A DNA stretch of 64,000 nucleotides. Source: Balamuthia mandrillaris (lineage: Eukaryota). A model generated the notes under the pieces. The model searched no databases. It had not been told where the DNA came from and saw only the letters and a program-made list of their open reading frames with translations. Position numbers and translations under genes: made by a program. Below, piece by piece: positions 12,218 through 24,657 of the stretch (positions are counted from its first letter, which is position 1; each line of letters opens with the position of its first letter). The stretch lies in assembly GCA_031835245.2 (NCBI GenBank), contig JAVKOQ020000034.1, forward strand, positions 62,001 through 126,000, read 5' to 3'.

Positions 12218-13582
12218 TCAAGAAGAAGAAGAAGAACATGCTCTACAAACTACGCAGTGGCTATCCGAGGTGCCATCCGCACCGTCCTGAGCCGAGTTGT
12301 TGGCCACGAAAAAGTTGAGCGTGAAGGAGTTGAAGTTGGGGAACTGCCCGCTCTCCGAGACGAGCGCCTGCGCCCAGGCGTTCACCATCATCAGGGCCGC
12401 TCCCGTGCAGACACACACCCAGCTGCCGATGTGTCTCGTGGGGAAGCTCTCGTCCTTGGGGATGAAGGAGAGGCTGTCGTGGAGGAGGACCTTGTCCGGG
12501 TGCAGCTGCTCGATGACCTTGCTGTGAAGCCGCTTGGCAAACTCTGGATAGTCTTCAACAGACAAAACGAACTCGTTCTCCTTCTCTTCTTCTTTCTTTG
12601 TACCGTCCGAAGAAGAAGACGGCGAGGAAGAAGAGAGGACTTCGGAGAGGGCCTCACGTATCAGCGCTTCAGCGATAGGACCGCTCATACGCAAATGCTC
12701 CGCTTGGAAACGGATCAACTGCTCCACCGAACGAAAACCTTGCGCTTGTTCTACATCTTCTTGCATTTGCCCTTCCTTTCTTCCTCCTCCTCCTTCTTCT
12801 TCCTCTCGTTGTTGTTGATGTTGATGTTGAAGCCAGTCAAGGATGTCCTTGCTGGAGTTGCGGTTGAAGAGGAAGCTCTCTCTGGTCTCATTCAAGCAGG
12901 CCCAGCAGGCTTGACCGTTGCCCCCTCCAAAGTAATTGACGAGGATGGTGTTGGCATAGGAGGAGCCCAGCACGTAGGGCAGCGCCAACCTCTTGCACAC
13001 CGCGTTCACCGCATAGTCAAACACCGCCCCATAGTCGATGCAATTGAAGACGGCCGTAAAGGGTCTCTCTTCTTCTCCTCCCCTCTCGCCTTCCTCTTCT
13101 TCTCCTGGCTTGGCTTCCGTGGAGTTGGACCGACCGCGTAGGAAAAGCCCAACGACATGCTGCCAGTCGTGAACAGCATCGACGTGGCTGGTCTCGAGGG
13201 CGCTTCGAAGGTTGTGCACGGCCAAGAGGTTGTCCCGGGCCGCCTCCACCTTTCTCCTGCCCACGTCGTTGGGGGTGAAGAGGATCTGGCGGTTGAGGTT
13301 GGAGGCGTCCACCGTGTCGCAGTCCAGGAGGTGCACCCGCTCCACGCCCAGCCGGCACAGCGCCATGGCCACGCTGCTGCCCAAGCCGCCGGTGCCGAGG
13401 ACGAGCACCCTCTGCCCTTCGATCTTGGCCTGGTCCCAGTCCACCATCACGCGCTGGCGGTCAAAGACGTCGCCGGGCACTTCCGGCGGAGGGGCCTCGC
13501 CCAGGTCCTTTCGAACGGTTCTTGTGGTGGTGGTGGTGGTGGTCACGTCGGGCAAAACTTTGGCTGGTGGTGTCCTCTCCAT
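12218..13582 (-). CDS. ThiF/MoeB/E1-like adenylating enzyme, intronless, with a large insertion
   Basis: FDRQ..Q.KI, VLVLGTGGLGS, DCDTVDASNLNRQILF..DVGRRKVEAA, Zn pairs CWAC and CVVC; likely start MERTPP at 13582. Confidence 0.85.
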   Translation of the reverse strand: MERTPPAKVLPDVTTTTTTTRTVRKDLGEAPPPEVPGDVFDRQRVMVDWDQAKIEGQRVLVLGTGGLGSSVAMALCRLGVERVHLLDCDTVDASNLNRQILFTPNDVGRRKVEAARDNLLAVHNLRSALETSHVDAVHDWQHVVGLFLRGRSNSTEAKPGEEEEGERGGEEERPFTAVFNCIDYGAVFDYAVNAVCKRLALPYVLGSSYANTILVNYFGGGNGQACWACLNETRESFLFNRNSSKDILDWLQHQHQQQREEEEGGGGRKEGQMQEDVEQAQGFRSVEQLIRFQAEHLRMSGPIAEALIREALSEVLSSSSPSSSSDGTKKEEEKENEFVLSVEDYPEFAKRLHSKVIEQLHPDKVLLHDSLSFIPKDESFPTRHIGSWVCVCTGAALMMVNAWAQALVSESGQFPNFNSFTLNFFVANNSAQDGADGTSDSHCVVCRACSSSSS

Positions 13583-13834
13583 CTTTCGTCTTGTTTCTCT
13601 CTCTTTACAAATTAAAAGTTTATAAGCAAATAAAAGAAATAAAAGAAAAAAGAAAAAGAAATAAAAAAAAAAGAAATAAAAGAAAGCTTTGTACAAAAGT
13701 GGGAAATGTATCTATATTAATGGTGGTGTTGCACATAGAGAGAGAGAGAGAGAGAGAAAAAAGTTCATCTTGCTTTCCTTGGTTCGATGGTCGTGGATCC
13801 TCTTCTTCTCCTTCTTTCGCTTGCTCTCTCCGTT

Positions 13835-15343
13835 TTACTGCAGGTTGTTGGCAGCAGGGGAGGAGGCAGAAGAGGGAGGCATCATCATCATGGGGGCGTA
13901 CTCGGGGTACTGCGGGTATACGATGTAGTAAGCGCCGTTGTTAACGGCACCGGCCTCATTGCCGGTGTTGGCGGGGCTCATCATGGGGAAGTAGAAAGGG
14001 GGTTGCAAGAGGGAGTGAGCCTCCTCCGCTTGGTTGCTCCAGGGTTGATCTCCTTCCTCCATCAACTTTTCTTCCTCCTCCGCAGTTCCCTTCTTCTTCT
14101 TTTGCCTCTTCATCTTCTTGTTGCTGGAAGATGAAGAAGAAGGAGAATAACCAGGATAAGAAGAAGAGCGGGAAGAAGAACAGCCGCTACGGCAGCAACG
14201 AACGCACAGGCAGCAGCAGGACACGCCCAAGAGAGCCACCGACAGGGTGAACATGGTCAGCCAGAGGACGCTCAGGAAGGCGTGCAACTGGTGCCTGAGG
14301 TTGCTGCTCTCCAACTCCTCCCTCATCATGGCCTGGCAGGCGGGGGAGAGGTTGTGGTAGTTGTGGAGGAAGCAGCTGCTGTGGAAGAGGGAGGCCTTGG
14401 TGTAGGGTGGTTGCAGCGCCGGGCAGAACGTTACCCTGTCCTTGTGGCAGGCAGCATAGAGGCTCACGTGCTCCTTCAGGGGATCATCATGGTGACCGTG
14501 GTCATCGTCGTCGGCAGGCCAAGGGCGATCGGCACCATCAACGGGGACAGGGCCAGGAGTGGGTCCGTCCTCAATGTCGGTGTAGGTCATTTGGAAGAGC
14601 TTGTGGAGGCGGAGGCACTGGGGGGAGAAGGCATCCTGGTTGAAGGCGAAGCAAGGCGAGCGGAAGAGGGAGATCACAGAGTGAGACACCTCGGGGCAGA
14701 TCTCCTCACGGTCCCTCATGCAGGCTTCATAAAGGTCAGCCGCGCTCACTTCTTCGTCCTCATCTTCATCCTCCTCCTCCTCGTCAAAGTCAATGTCTTC
14801 ATCCTCATCCTCCTCGTCAAAGTCAAACTCTTCACCCTCGTCAAAGTCAATGTCTTCGTCCTCTCTCTCCTCGTCCTCATCTTCATCCTCCTCCTCCTCC
14901 TCCTCATCGTCAAAGTCAAAGTCAAAGTCTTCCTCCTCTTCTTCAAAGTCTTCCTCCTCGAGGTCAGCGCCGTCCAGAAGGAACTGGTCCAAGAAGGAGC
15001 TGAAGGCTTCAAGGCAGGAGTCGCTCAGCTGGTCCCAAGCTCCCTCAAAGCAGGCCGACTCGCCAAAGAGCAGCTCGGGGGTGTAGGGCGGCTCCAGCTC
15101 GGGGCAGAAGCGAAGGCGGTCCTCATGACAGGCCGCGTAGAGCGTCCACGGCAGGTAGTCGGGAGAAAAGGGGACGGGGGGCATGATTTTGGGGGAGGAG
15201 GGGGAAGGGGGAGAGAGCTGCTCGGGTGGTAGCTGTTGCACCTCCTCCTCGACCGCCAGCTGGGCTTGGGCGTGGTTGGGGGTCACCCCCATCAATAATA
15301 CGGCTCCCACCAGCACAACGGCAAACAGTTGGAGAACCTTCAT
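13835..15343 (-). CDS. Type I membrane protein with three Cys-rich (GLG1-like) repeats, an acidic spacer, a TM helix and a Cys-rich juxtamembrane segment
   Basis: Signal peptide; three copies of LY.AC..DR..(F/I)CP......LF.S.CF......(L/F)S..C; TM FLSVLWLTMFTLSVALLGV followed by SCCCLCVRCC. Confidence 0.75.
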   Translation of the reverse strand: MKVLQLFAVVLVGAVLLMGVTPNHAQAQLAVEEEVQQLPPEQLSPPSPSSPKIMPPVPFSPDYLPWTLYAACHEDRLRFCPELEPPYTPELLFGESACFEGAWDQLSDSCLEAFSSFLDQFLLDGADLEEEDFEEEEEDFDFDFDDEEEEEEDEDEDEEREDEDIDFDEGEEFDFDEEDEDEDIDFDEEEEDEDEDEEVSAADLYEACMRDREEICPEVSHSVISLFRSPCFAFNQDAFSPQCLRLHKLFQMTYTDIEDGPTPGPVPVDGADRPWPADDDDHGHHDDPLKEHVSLYAACHKDRVTFCPALQPPYTKASLFHSSCFLHNYHNLSPACQAMMREELESSNLRHQLHAFLSVLWLTMFTLSVALLGVSCCCLCVRCCRSGCSSSRSSSYPGYSPSSSSSSNKKMKRQKKKKGTAEEEEKLMEEGDQPWSNQAEEAHSLLQPPFYFPMMSPANTGNEAGAVNNGAYYIVYPQYPEYAPMMMMPPSSASSPAANNLQ

Positions 15344-15759
15344 CCCAGTGCCTTGTACGAAGCTCCTTTTAAAGTGGAAAAAAAATCAATCAAACAACGG
15401 GGAGTAGAAAAAGCGTAGCGTTGTGTCAACTTCCTTTTTTTTATGAACAAAAAAATAAATAAAAAAAAATAAATAAAATAATTGGCGAACCACAACGAAA
15501 TTTTGTGGTTTTTGTGGAGTAAACCTCAAAAGTTTCCTTTTCCATGCGTCCTTAACCTAATTCCGAGAATCTTCGAAATCGCCCGAACCAATGGGAATCA
15601 AGTATTGTGAAAACTCGACGAAGTTGCTGCGCGTTCCTCCAATCCGAACGTTGAAGGAAAAATGGGAAAATTCGCGTATAACCCTAACCTAAAATTTCGC
15701 GGCGACAAGAAAGAAAAAAAAAGAAGACAAAGCATGTAACTTTACTTTTATCATTGCGC

Positions 15760-18700
15760 TCAGTCTCGTCCTCCAGAGGGTCCTGGTTTTTTCTTTGCGC
15801 TGAGGAACTTGTTGATCTGTTGCACCTCCTTGTTGAGCTTTGCGTGCTTGTCCTTCTTCTCTGCCTTGAGGGCGCCTTTCTTCCTTCCATCTGACATCTT
15901 AACTCCAAACTGAAACGCCGCTCTATTTTTTAAATGATGCCATTAGAAGAGAGAGACAAGAGAGAGAGAGAGAGAGAGAGAAAGAAGCATTACTTTGGTG
16001 TAGCTTCCAAGCTAGCATTATACCGATCCCAGGCCTCATCGTTCTCAAAGTGCCAAGGCTTGACCCGCTTTCTAGCCCTGGTGCCCTGATCCATCTTTGT
16101 AAAGTCGGCCTCCTCATCGCTGGCATCATCCTCCTCCACAATGGAAGAGGAGAACGTGCTCTCGTAGGAACCAGGATAACATTCCGAGTAGGTGTCTGAT
16201 ACAAAGGAAGGATCCCGCTCTCGTTTGTCTTGCTTAGTTTTGTCATCCTTTCGGCGTGTGAAGAGACTATCGTCTCTTCGAAAGACGGTGGCCAGTCCTC
16301 TGTCCCTGGCTTCTTGGTCGGACCAAGAAGTGGAGTATGTCATTGCCATCGAAGAAGACTGTGACGCTTTCTTTTCTTTTTCTGTTTCCTTTGTTGTCTT
16401 TGCTGTCGAAGAAGATGAAGGAGGAGGCATGCGTTGGGCATCATCTTGTTGATACTGAGCATCAGTGTCGGGATAAGCTTCAGCGGCAGATGGGTAATAT
16501 TCTTCAACGCTTTGCTGTGGAAGAGGAATAGCAGGACCGTAAACTTCTTCTGCAGAAGGATACATTTCTGGCATTGATGGACCTGATTCTTCGTTGTCCA
16601 TTCTTGGATATGAAGGCCCAATGGCAGCTTGTTCCTCGTCTCCTTCTTCTTCTTCGTCTTCTTGCAGTTCTTTCAGAAGTTCTTCGGCCATCGCAGCCTT
16701 GTCTTTTGTGTCTCCAGCTTTGCTTGTTCGTTGTTGAATCAAGTTCATTATTTCTTTTGTCTTTTGCTTGTTTCGTTCTTGTCGTTCTTCTGTGGTGATT
16801 GCAGTTTCTTTCTCGTCTTGGTCTTCTCTCTTTCGTTTCATGTTGAGTTGTTCTTGTAAGTGAGATGGCACTATTGCCGCTCCTTCCATCCTACTTGTTT
16901 CTTTTTGGTTCTCTTCCTCTTTATTCTCCTCTTCTCCCTCTTCCTCCTCTTCCTCTTCCTCCTCTTCTTCATGAATGCTTCTACCGAAGTACCCTTCTTC
17001 CTTCGACGTGGAGAACAAAGTCTTTTGTTGTATCCAGTTCTTTTCGGTTTCGTGTAGAGTGCGTGGCAGAGTATTCACTTTTGCAAGAGCTGCCGCTTCT
17101 TGTTGTTCTTTGGTAGGTTCGCAGACGTAATCTCCCATATCTGGAAATATACTATAACAACATAAAAAAAAAGAGTTAGCTTGTTGAACAACGGAGAAAG
17201 GGAGAGGAGAGGAGAGAGAAGGGAGACAAACTCGTCATCGTCATCCAAGGCTTTGGGTTTCATAAATCCAAGTATTGGTACCATGCTAGCTTTCTTTTCG
17301 GTTTCTTTCCGCGTCTCTTCTTCTTCGCGTTCTCGTTGTCGTGCTTCTTGTTTCTCAATCTCCATTCTCTCCGTTGCATTATTGTCTTTCTTATTTCTTT
17401 CATCCTCTTCTCCTTCTCTCTTCTTTCTTTTCCGTCTCATCTTACTGTGTGCTCTTGAAGAAGGGTGAATGTACTTCATAATGTTTTGCAGTTGCTCCAA
17501 AAGAGCCTCGGGTAGCTCTCCAGAGCGCATCTTTGGGGGTACTTGAGGACAATCCTCTTTGCTTCTCATCAACACTGTCGGCAGCTCACTCATCGCGCCA
17601 TTGCCAGACAGATGAAAGACAAAAGTTGTTCTGCCTTTGAGAAAAGTCTCGACCATAGTGGCCGTGTTGCCGTCGCGTTTATGCTTTTGCTGTTCGGCTT
17701 GAACAAAACCGCAAATGTTGTTTGCCATGGCGGAGTGGCACTGAGGTTGTGCTTCATCTCCTTCTTCCTTGTTCGCGTCGTCTGTTGCCATTTTCACTCC
17801 TTCTGTTGCTGTTTTAACTCCATCGCTGCAAAAACAAAGCAAGCAGTAAAAAGCTTAGGCAACGTAAAAAGATAGTTCAAAAGTGCGAAAAAAGAGAGCC
17901 TTACTTTGATGGTGCTTCGCGTTGCTCTACTTGGCTTCTGATCTTGGATAGAAGAGCAAAGTCCAAGCCTTTCACAAGGTGGGTGTGTTCCATGTCTCCG
18001 CCTAGGTATTTGCTCTCTTCTATGGCCTTTTGTCTGGCTTCTTCTGCTGACATATCACTCCTTTTTTTGTTTGCTTGTTAAACAAAAGATGACGAGGAAG
18101 AGCGAAGCAGAGAGAATGAGAAACGAGGCTGAAAGGCAGAGAAGTTGAAGAGAAAAGCGAACGAACGAAAGAAGCAGAGCAGTGGGAAGAGCACAAGAGA
18201 AGCAGAGAACGAGTGAACGCGAGAAAGAGAGAAGCAGAGAGGAGAAGAGTACTGAGCGAGTGGAGGAACAGCAGCAAGGCCAGCAGTGGTGGCGGCGGCA
18301 GCGTGCAGCTCTGTGGCGATGTCCTCATAGTCGGGGTTGGCCAGGCCCAGCCTCCGTTCCTTGGCTCTGTCCCTGTACTTGGGCGCTTTCTTTTGTTTCT
18401 TGCCTGCTTTGCCCTCCGCAGCAGCAGCCCCCTTCTCCTCGCTCTTTCCTTTGCGCTGCATCTTGGATTTCTGTTGTCGATCCTTCTTCATTTGTTGTTG
18501 AATGAAATCTTTCGTTTCTCTGATGAAATCAATTATCATCAATTGGTTGTTAAAAAAAAAGTAGCAAACAAAAAAAGAGGTGATGAACGCACGTAAGGCT
18601 GAGTCCCTTTCGAGAGTCTGAGGCGTGGCTCCCACCCCCTCCGCCGCCGCCGCCGCCGCTGCTAGGGCGGAGGGGAGTCATCATGATCTTTCGGAAATCT

Positions 18701-18833
18701 GCATTCTTCCTTGGTCGAGCCTCTATCAATAAATTAATTTTTTTAAAAAAAAAAACACACACAACACAGACGTGCTCGTCAGTCCACTGAAAGAAAAAAA
18801 AAAGAGGAACAAGAAGCAAGAAAACAAACCCAT
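15760..18833 (-). CDS. IK: Splicing factor RED/IK; multi-exon, probably with a 4-nt first coding exon (ATGG)
   Basis: NADFRKIMMTP, KYRDRAKERR, SKYLGGDMEHTHLVKGLDFALL, ELPTVLMRSKEDCP, YSECYPG, DFTKMDQG, AFQFGVKMSDGRK. ATG G| at 18833-18830 spliced to AG GCT gives MEARPRKNADF. Confidence 0.92.
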
Positions 18834-19221
18834 GATTGCAGAACAAAAGTGGAGAACAGAACCGATGCTCTTTTCTTTCTTTTTTTTTTTGCTTTAGTGT
18901 CGACGTTAAAAATATTGTTAACGAGCGGCGTCGAACAGCACACGTAGAGAAATTTCCCTCCAAATATTTCAATTCAATTTTTTCCAGGAAAACAACGGTT
19001 GTCGACAAAAAGGATATGGCGGGAAGCAGACAAAAGAAAGGCGGGAAAAAAAAAAGCGGTTTTTTTGCTTTCTCTCTCTTCCTCTCTGCGCACGGTTTTT
19101 TTTTTTTTAAAAAAAAGGGGTTATACTTGTTTTCGCCTTCTTCGGGGGCGGTGAGCTATTTCATTTTATTATTATATATTTTTTGGCCGCATCCGTCCAT
19201 CCATCCATCCATCCATCCATC

Positions 19222-19431
19222 ATGGCCGAAGATGATATGTACCTGGATAATTTGGAGGAGTGGGTGTGTGAGCATAAGAAACAGGTATACTCCACTCCCC
19301 CCAATTTTATTTCACTTTTTTTTGTTTTTGAAGCTGATTTTGTTTTGTTTTTTTTGGTGGATGCGATTTTTTAGGTCACATACAAATGGCTGAGCAATAC
19401 GCTGCAAGTGCCTTCCAATGTCGCCAAACAG

Positions 19432-19478
<47 letters not shown>

Positions 19479-19718
19479 CGTTGTCTCATCTCTATGCAAC
19501 GAACCAACAGAATGTTGTTCGCTTTTGCGGAGAAAAAAGGAGCGCAAGTGCAAACCGTTTATCTGCTCTCCGGCAAGAATAAAGCAGACCAACGCCACAC
19601 CATCACCCTCGTGCCCCAAGCCCAACTCGAAGGTCGTACTCCCCTGTTCTTCTCTTTGCTTTCCGCACGCGCCGGTTTTCCCTCTCGTGCTCTCGTTCTC
19701 CTCTCTTCTCTTCCCCAT

Positions 19719-19749
<31 letters not shown>

Positions 19750-21780
19750 CCGTTCGATTATTTTCTCACTCAACAAAACACAGAAATGAGGAAAATCTTT
19801 GAGGAGATCTCTTCTTTGCACGTCTACAGCGTGCAGGCCGTCCTTCCCAAAGACAGTGCAGAGATGTGGGCTGTGGACAATGCCCTGCAATCGGAACTCT
19901 TTGCGAAAGGGGGCGATCTCTCTGACAATCCCATTCTTTCCAATAGGTAGCTCTTCTCCGCTTATTCTTTCTTCTGGATTGCTCCTTTCATTGATAGTTT
20001 CTTCTTATTTTTATCTCATTTTTTAAGATGGAGTGCCATTGCATGCGCAGCTGCCAAAGAAAGAGTAATAATAAAACCTCCACAAGAAGCCACAAAAGTG
20101 GAAGACAACAAGAAACTTCCACAAACAACCAAAGCCAGAATCTCTCTTCCTCCAGTGAACATCACACCCATTTCTGCTTCGTCTTCTAAACAAACTACCA
20201 CCACTACTTCTCCAGAGGATCCTCGAAAGAAAAAGCAACAACAACAAAGCGACTTTATGCGAACCTACTTTACGAAAGCGGGAGAAGGCTCAACTTCTGC
20301 TAATGTACCTTCTTTAAGAGGCGCTCGTATCAAGAAGGAAGGAACAATGGACGCCTTTTTAAAGAAAGCGGCAGAGCAACAGAAAGTAAAGGCAGTTAAA
20401 GAGGAAAAAGAAGACAAAGTCGAAATGGAACAACTACCGATAGCGGTGAAACAGGAAAAGAAAGCAGAAGAGAAGGAGAGGGACCATGAACAGGAAGTAG
20501 TAGATAAAAACATGAAAATGGATGTAGTGGAAAAGGAGGAAGAAAATGAAGAGGATGATTTGGGACTCGGATTGAACAGCGATGAAAGCGATGAAGAAGA
20601 CGAAGTGGCAGATAGTAGCTCTCGTAAGAGGAGGCACAGACTTAGAAAGGCCAATAAGAAGCGGAAGCGAAGCGTTAATCGTTCTTCACTGCCTTCTCCT
20701 TCTCCTCTTTCCCTTTCTTTGGACACACCTCACAATGAGGAAGACATAAAGAAGGAAGAAAAAGCAATTAAGAACGAAGAAAACGAAGAAGAGGAAGAAG
20801 TTAAGCCGGCGAAACGACGAAGAGTGGATGACGAGCATGAAGATAGCGATTTTGTTTCGGAGACACCGACAAAAGCAAAGAAGCAGAAAAGGAATCAAAA
20901 GGACACAACCAAAGAGACGAAAGCGAAAGGAAAGAAAAAAGAAGAAGAAGAAGCGGACGAAGACTTTGAGGAAGATAAAGTGGCAAAGAAGCGTAAACCA
21001 AAGACGGTTACCAACAAGATAACAAAACAAGGAACCGGAAAGAAGAGGCTAAGTAAAAAGAAACTAGAAGCAGAAGAAGAGCAGGAAGCACAAGAGGAAG
21101 AAAAAGAGAATGTCGATCAAAAGAAGACGCCCAAAAAGTCAACACAGAAGCAGCAAAAGCAATCTCCGGGACGAGGTTTGGCCAAACCGGCTTCCCCTGT
21201 TGCAGCGAAATCACCACGAGGAGCCACTCGTCGCGTTCGTATCACCAAAACGTTCAAAGATGCCAAAGGCTACATGGGTTTGTTCCTTCTGTCCTTGTTC
21301 TCCTTCCAATTCTTCCACCGCTTTTTCTTTCTGCTTCTTGTTTTTGTTCTGCTTCCTCTTTTGTTCTTTGTTCTTTCTATTCGGGTCTCTGCTGTTGTTC
21401 TCTCATCTTCCCCTCTCTTCTCTCCATTCTTCTGGCTTATACTTTGGTTGTTTGTTTTGAAATCAGTGACAGAGGACGTTTGGGAAGACGTTCCTATCGA
21501 CGCAGCTGAACGCGAGCAAGAACAAGCCACCAACAACAGCAAGAAGAAAACTACGCCTGCTTCCGCTTCCTCCCCTAGCATCTCTTCTCTTTCAAGCATA
21601 AGCGGTGGAACTAATATCAAGAAAGAAAAGAAAGAAGATGATGATGAAGAAAGGAGCAGCGGCAATAGTAATCAAAGTAGCCCTGAGAAGAAGCACAGCG
21701 AGCTTGTGCGGCGGAAGGCACAACCTGTTGCCAAAACGACGCAAACCAACATCATGAACTTTTTACGCAAGGAGAAGTAG
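19222..21780 (+). CDS. POLD3: DNA polymerase delta subunit 3 (p66/Cdc27); multi-exon
   Basis: YLDNLEEWV..KQVTYKWLSNTLQVPSNVAK, SLHVYSVQ, KTFKDAKGYMVTEDV, and a C-terminal PCNA-binding PIP box QTNIMNFL. Confidence 0.9.
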
Positions 21781-21991
21781 CAACAGAAAGAGCACAAACG
21801 AGAAGAAAGAAGAGTGATCTTCTATCTCTCTTTTTGTAGCAATTTTCCTACTGACTGTTATTTTATTGGTATTCCTCTTTACTTGATCTTCTTTCGTCTC
21901 TTCTCTCCTTCCTTTGGCTTTCTTCTTCAGTTTTTTTTTGTCTCTTCTGTATCCTTCTTGTTCGCTTCCTTCAGTTCTTTCCAACTTTCTT

Positions 21992-23588
21992 TCAGAAGAG
22001 AGAACAAGCTTGACAGGTTTGTTGCTTGACAGCGTTGGAGGCTTCTGCACCATGGCCAGAGAAGAGAGGAGAGGGAACCGCTTCCTGCAGAGCTTCCGCT
22101 TGTTCCAGACGACGCTCTCTTTGCTTCTCCACTTCCTCTTTCTTTTTCCTTTCTTCCTCCTCTTCCTTCCTCTTCCTCTCTTTTTCTTTCTCTTGTTTTA
22201 CTTCGTGTTCTCTTTGCTGTAATGCGGCTTCCTTCTCTTGTTCCTCCTTATCCATTCTCTCCATTTCTTCTTGAACCATCCTCTCTATTTCAACTCGCTC
22301 TCGTTCCTTTCTTTCTCGTTCTTCTGCGTCGTCTGCTTCTTGTTGCTTCCGTTGTTCATCCTCTTCTTGCTCCTCTTGCAGAACCGCAGCTCTAACTTCT
22401 GCTTTTTCTTCGGTCGGTTGTTGCTCTTCTTGTTGTTCGTTTTGTGGTTGAGCGACTTCTGATGCCTTTGTTTCTTCCTTCTTATCCACTGGGTCTTTCA
22501 CCTCATCTTTCTCTTTTGCCGCTTCCTCGACTTGCTCTTCCTTCTTTTTTCCTTTCTCTTTTTTGGCCTTTTTCTCCTCTTCTTTTCTTTTCTTCAACTC
22601 TTCTTTTGCTTTCTTCGCTGCCACTCTCTTCTCTTCCTCTTTTCTTTTCCTCTCCTCCTCTTTCTGTTTCTTCTCCTCCTCTTTCTTCTTCCTCTCTTCT
22701 TCTTTCTTTTTCTTTTCTTCCTCCTTCTTCTCTTCTCTTCTTCCCTCTTTTTCTTCTCCTCCTCTTCTTTCTTTTTCTTCTCTTCTGCTTTCTGCTCCTT
22801 CTCCGCCTCTTTCTTGCTCTTTTCTTCTTCCTTCTTTTGCGTTTCCTCTACCTTCACTTCTTTCTCCGTCACCTCCACCTTCTTCTCCTGTTCCTCCTCT
22901 TTTTCTCTTCCTTCACCCTTTTCTCCAGCCCATCCTCCTCCTTCTTCGCCTCCTCTTTCTTCTCCTTCCTCTCCTCCTCTTTCTTCGCCTCCAGCTGCAA
23001 CAGATAATCCAAATGGTGCAAGTGCCCCCTGTCCCCGCCGCTCTGCGTGAACTCCATGCTGTTGATGAAGCCCAGCCTCTTTTGCAGTGCCAACACCCCG
23101 TTCTTCCTCTTCTTCGCCAAGCGGAGCGTCATCTTGCCTTCTTCTTTCTTCTCCGCCACCCCTTCGCCATTACTCTTCACGTACTCTTCCACGATTTTGG
23201 CGTAGTTGGCAGGAAAGGAGGCCACCATCCCTTGCTTCTTCTTCGCCTTTGCCTTCTCCGCCTTCTTCGTTTCCTCGCCTTCTTCGCCTGCTTCGTCATC
23301 GAGTATGCCCCACCACCAACCGCTGCTGTCCTTGCGTTCCACGAGGATGTGAGCGCCCTTCTTGAAGCTGAGCTGGGGCACGCCGGCCACCTCTATCTTG
23401 GGCTCCCAGTCCCAAATGGCCTCCATGCGAAGGATGGGGTCGAACTCCTTCTCTCGAAGGAGGGCTTCCACAAGAGCTTCGTCCTCCTGATCCTCCTCCT
23501 CTTCTGCGTCCACCTTTTCTTCTTTCTTCTCATCGCTTCCTTCGCTTTGCGGCTCGGCGAACGTTACGGTCGTTTTTTCTGCTTCCAT
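21992..23588 (-). CDS. SH3-domain protein with a long E/K-rich coiled coil; two apparent single-base frameshifts; 3' end uncertain
   Basis: MEAIWDWEP..QLSFKKGAHILVERKDSSGWWWG...FPANYAK (SH3); E/K-rich coding continues across three frames, switching near 22900 and 22730. Confidence 0.7.
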
Positions 23589-24225
23589 TTTTTTTTTGTG
23601 CTGGTTGGTTGGTTGGTTTGTTTTTTGAAAGAGGGTTTGAAAACAAAAAAAAAAAAAGACAAGAAACGAAGAAGTTGGTAAAAGAAGAAGAAGTAACGCT
23701 CTTCTGCAACCGGCAAAAAAAAAAAGAAAAAAGAGTTCCTTTCTTTTTTTTTTTAAATTCTTATTTTATTCTTTGTTGCGATAATTATTTAGTTGGGTCA
23801 TTGCATCTGACCTCCAATCGTGCTCCATTCGTGCAAGCCACAATATTTTTATCCAAATATTTTCCAATAAATTCGAGGGGTCATTCGTTATTTTTTCAGG
23901 GTCCCACCACAAACAAAATAACGAATAAATGCAATAACACAAAAATCCCACAAATTTTTTTTCCTGTAAAATTGAGGAGTCAGCTCATTTAACTCTGTGC
24001 ATAATGGTCGACTTCATTTGACACAAATGAAATGATCAAAAAAAAAAAAAAAAAGACAAAACAAAACTGCAGAGTGTAACATTTATCTATCTCCGCAAAG
24101 CCCAAAAACACAACAAGGCAGACAGGTGGGCTGCGGGGATCGCCAAAAAAAAAAAAAAACAACCACCCCCCCTTGCAGCTACAGGAGAGCCGAGGTCTCC
24201 TCACGCGCGCGCACACACGCAGGCC

Positions 24226-24614
24226 ATGGGCTTCTTTCTGACCGACATATTCGAGCAGGATGGGTTGGACAGCCTTTCGATACCCATTCTGATCGGGGTG
24301 TACATCCTGTGCGGCGTGGTGCTGATCGTGGTGATGTGGGTGCTCACCCGCCTCTTGCCCAAGTCCGCCTTTCGGTGGACCATCACGCTGCGGCATGCTC
24401 TCACGAAAGTCATGTTTAGGAACGAGGTCAAAGGCGTGGCGGTGGCCATCTTTCATGTACGCCCCCTTATGTCATTTCCTCTTGCTTCTCGTTTGTTGTC
24501 GGCCCTGTCTTCTGTCTTGCTCTCTCTCTCTCTCTCGCCCTCGCTCTCTCTCCTCAGTCTCTCGTCCTCTCTCAGCCTCCGTTCTAGTTCTAGTTCTAGT
24601 TGTCGTTGTCGTTG

Positions 24615-24657
<43 letters not shown>

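Noticed and set aside
21763..22053. 96-aa minus-strand ORF with a hydrophobic tail overlapping the POLD3 stop
   Set aside because: No recognisable domain; it may be 3' UTR or a further frame of the SH3 gene and cannot be supported independently.
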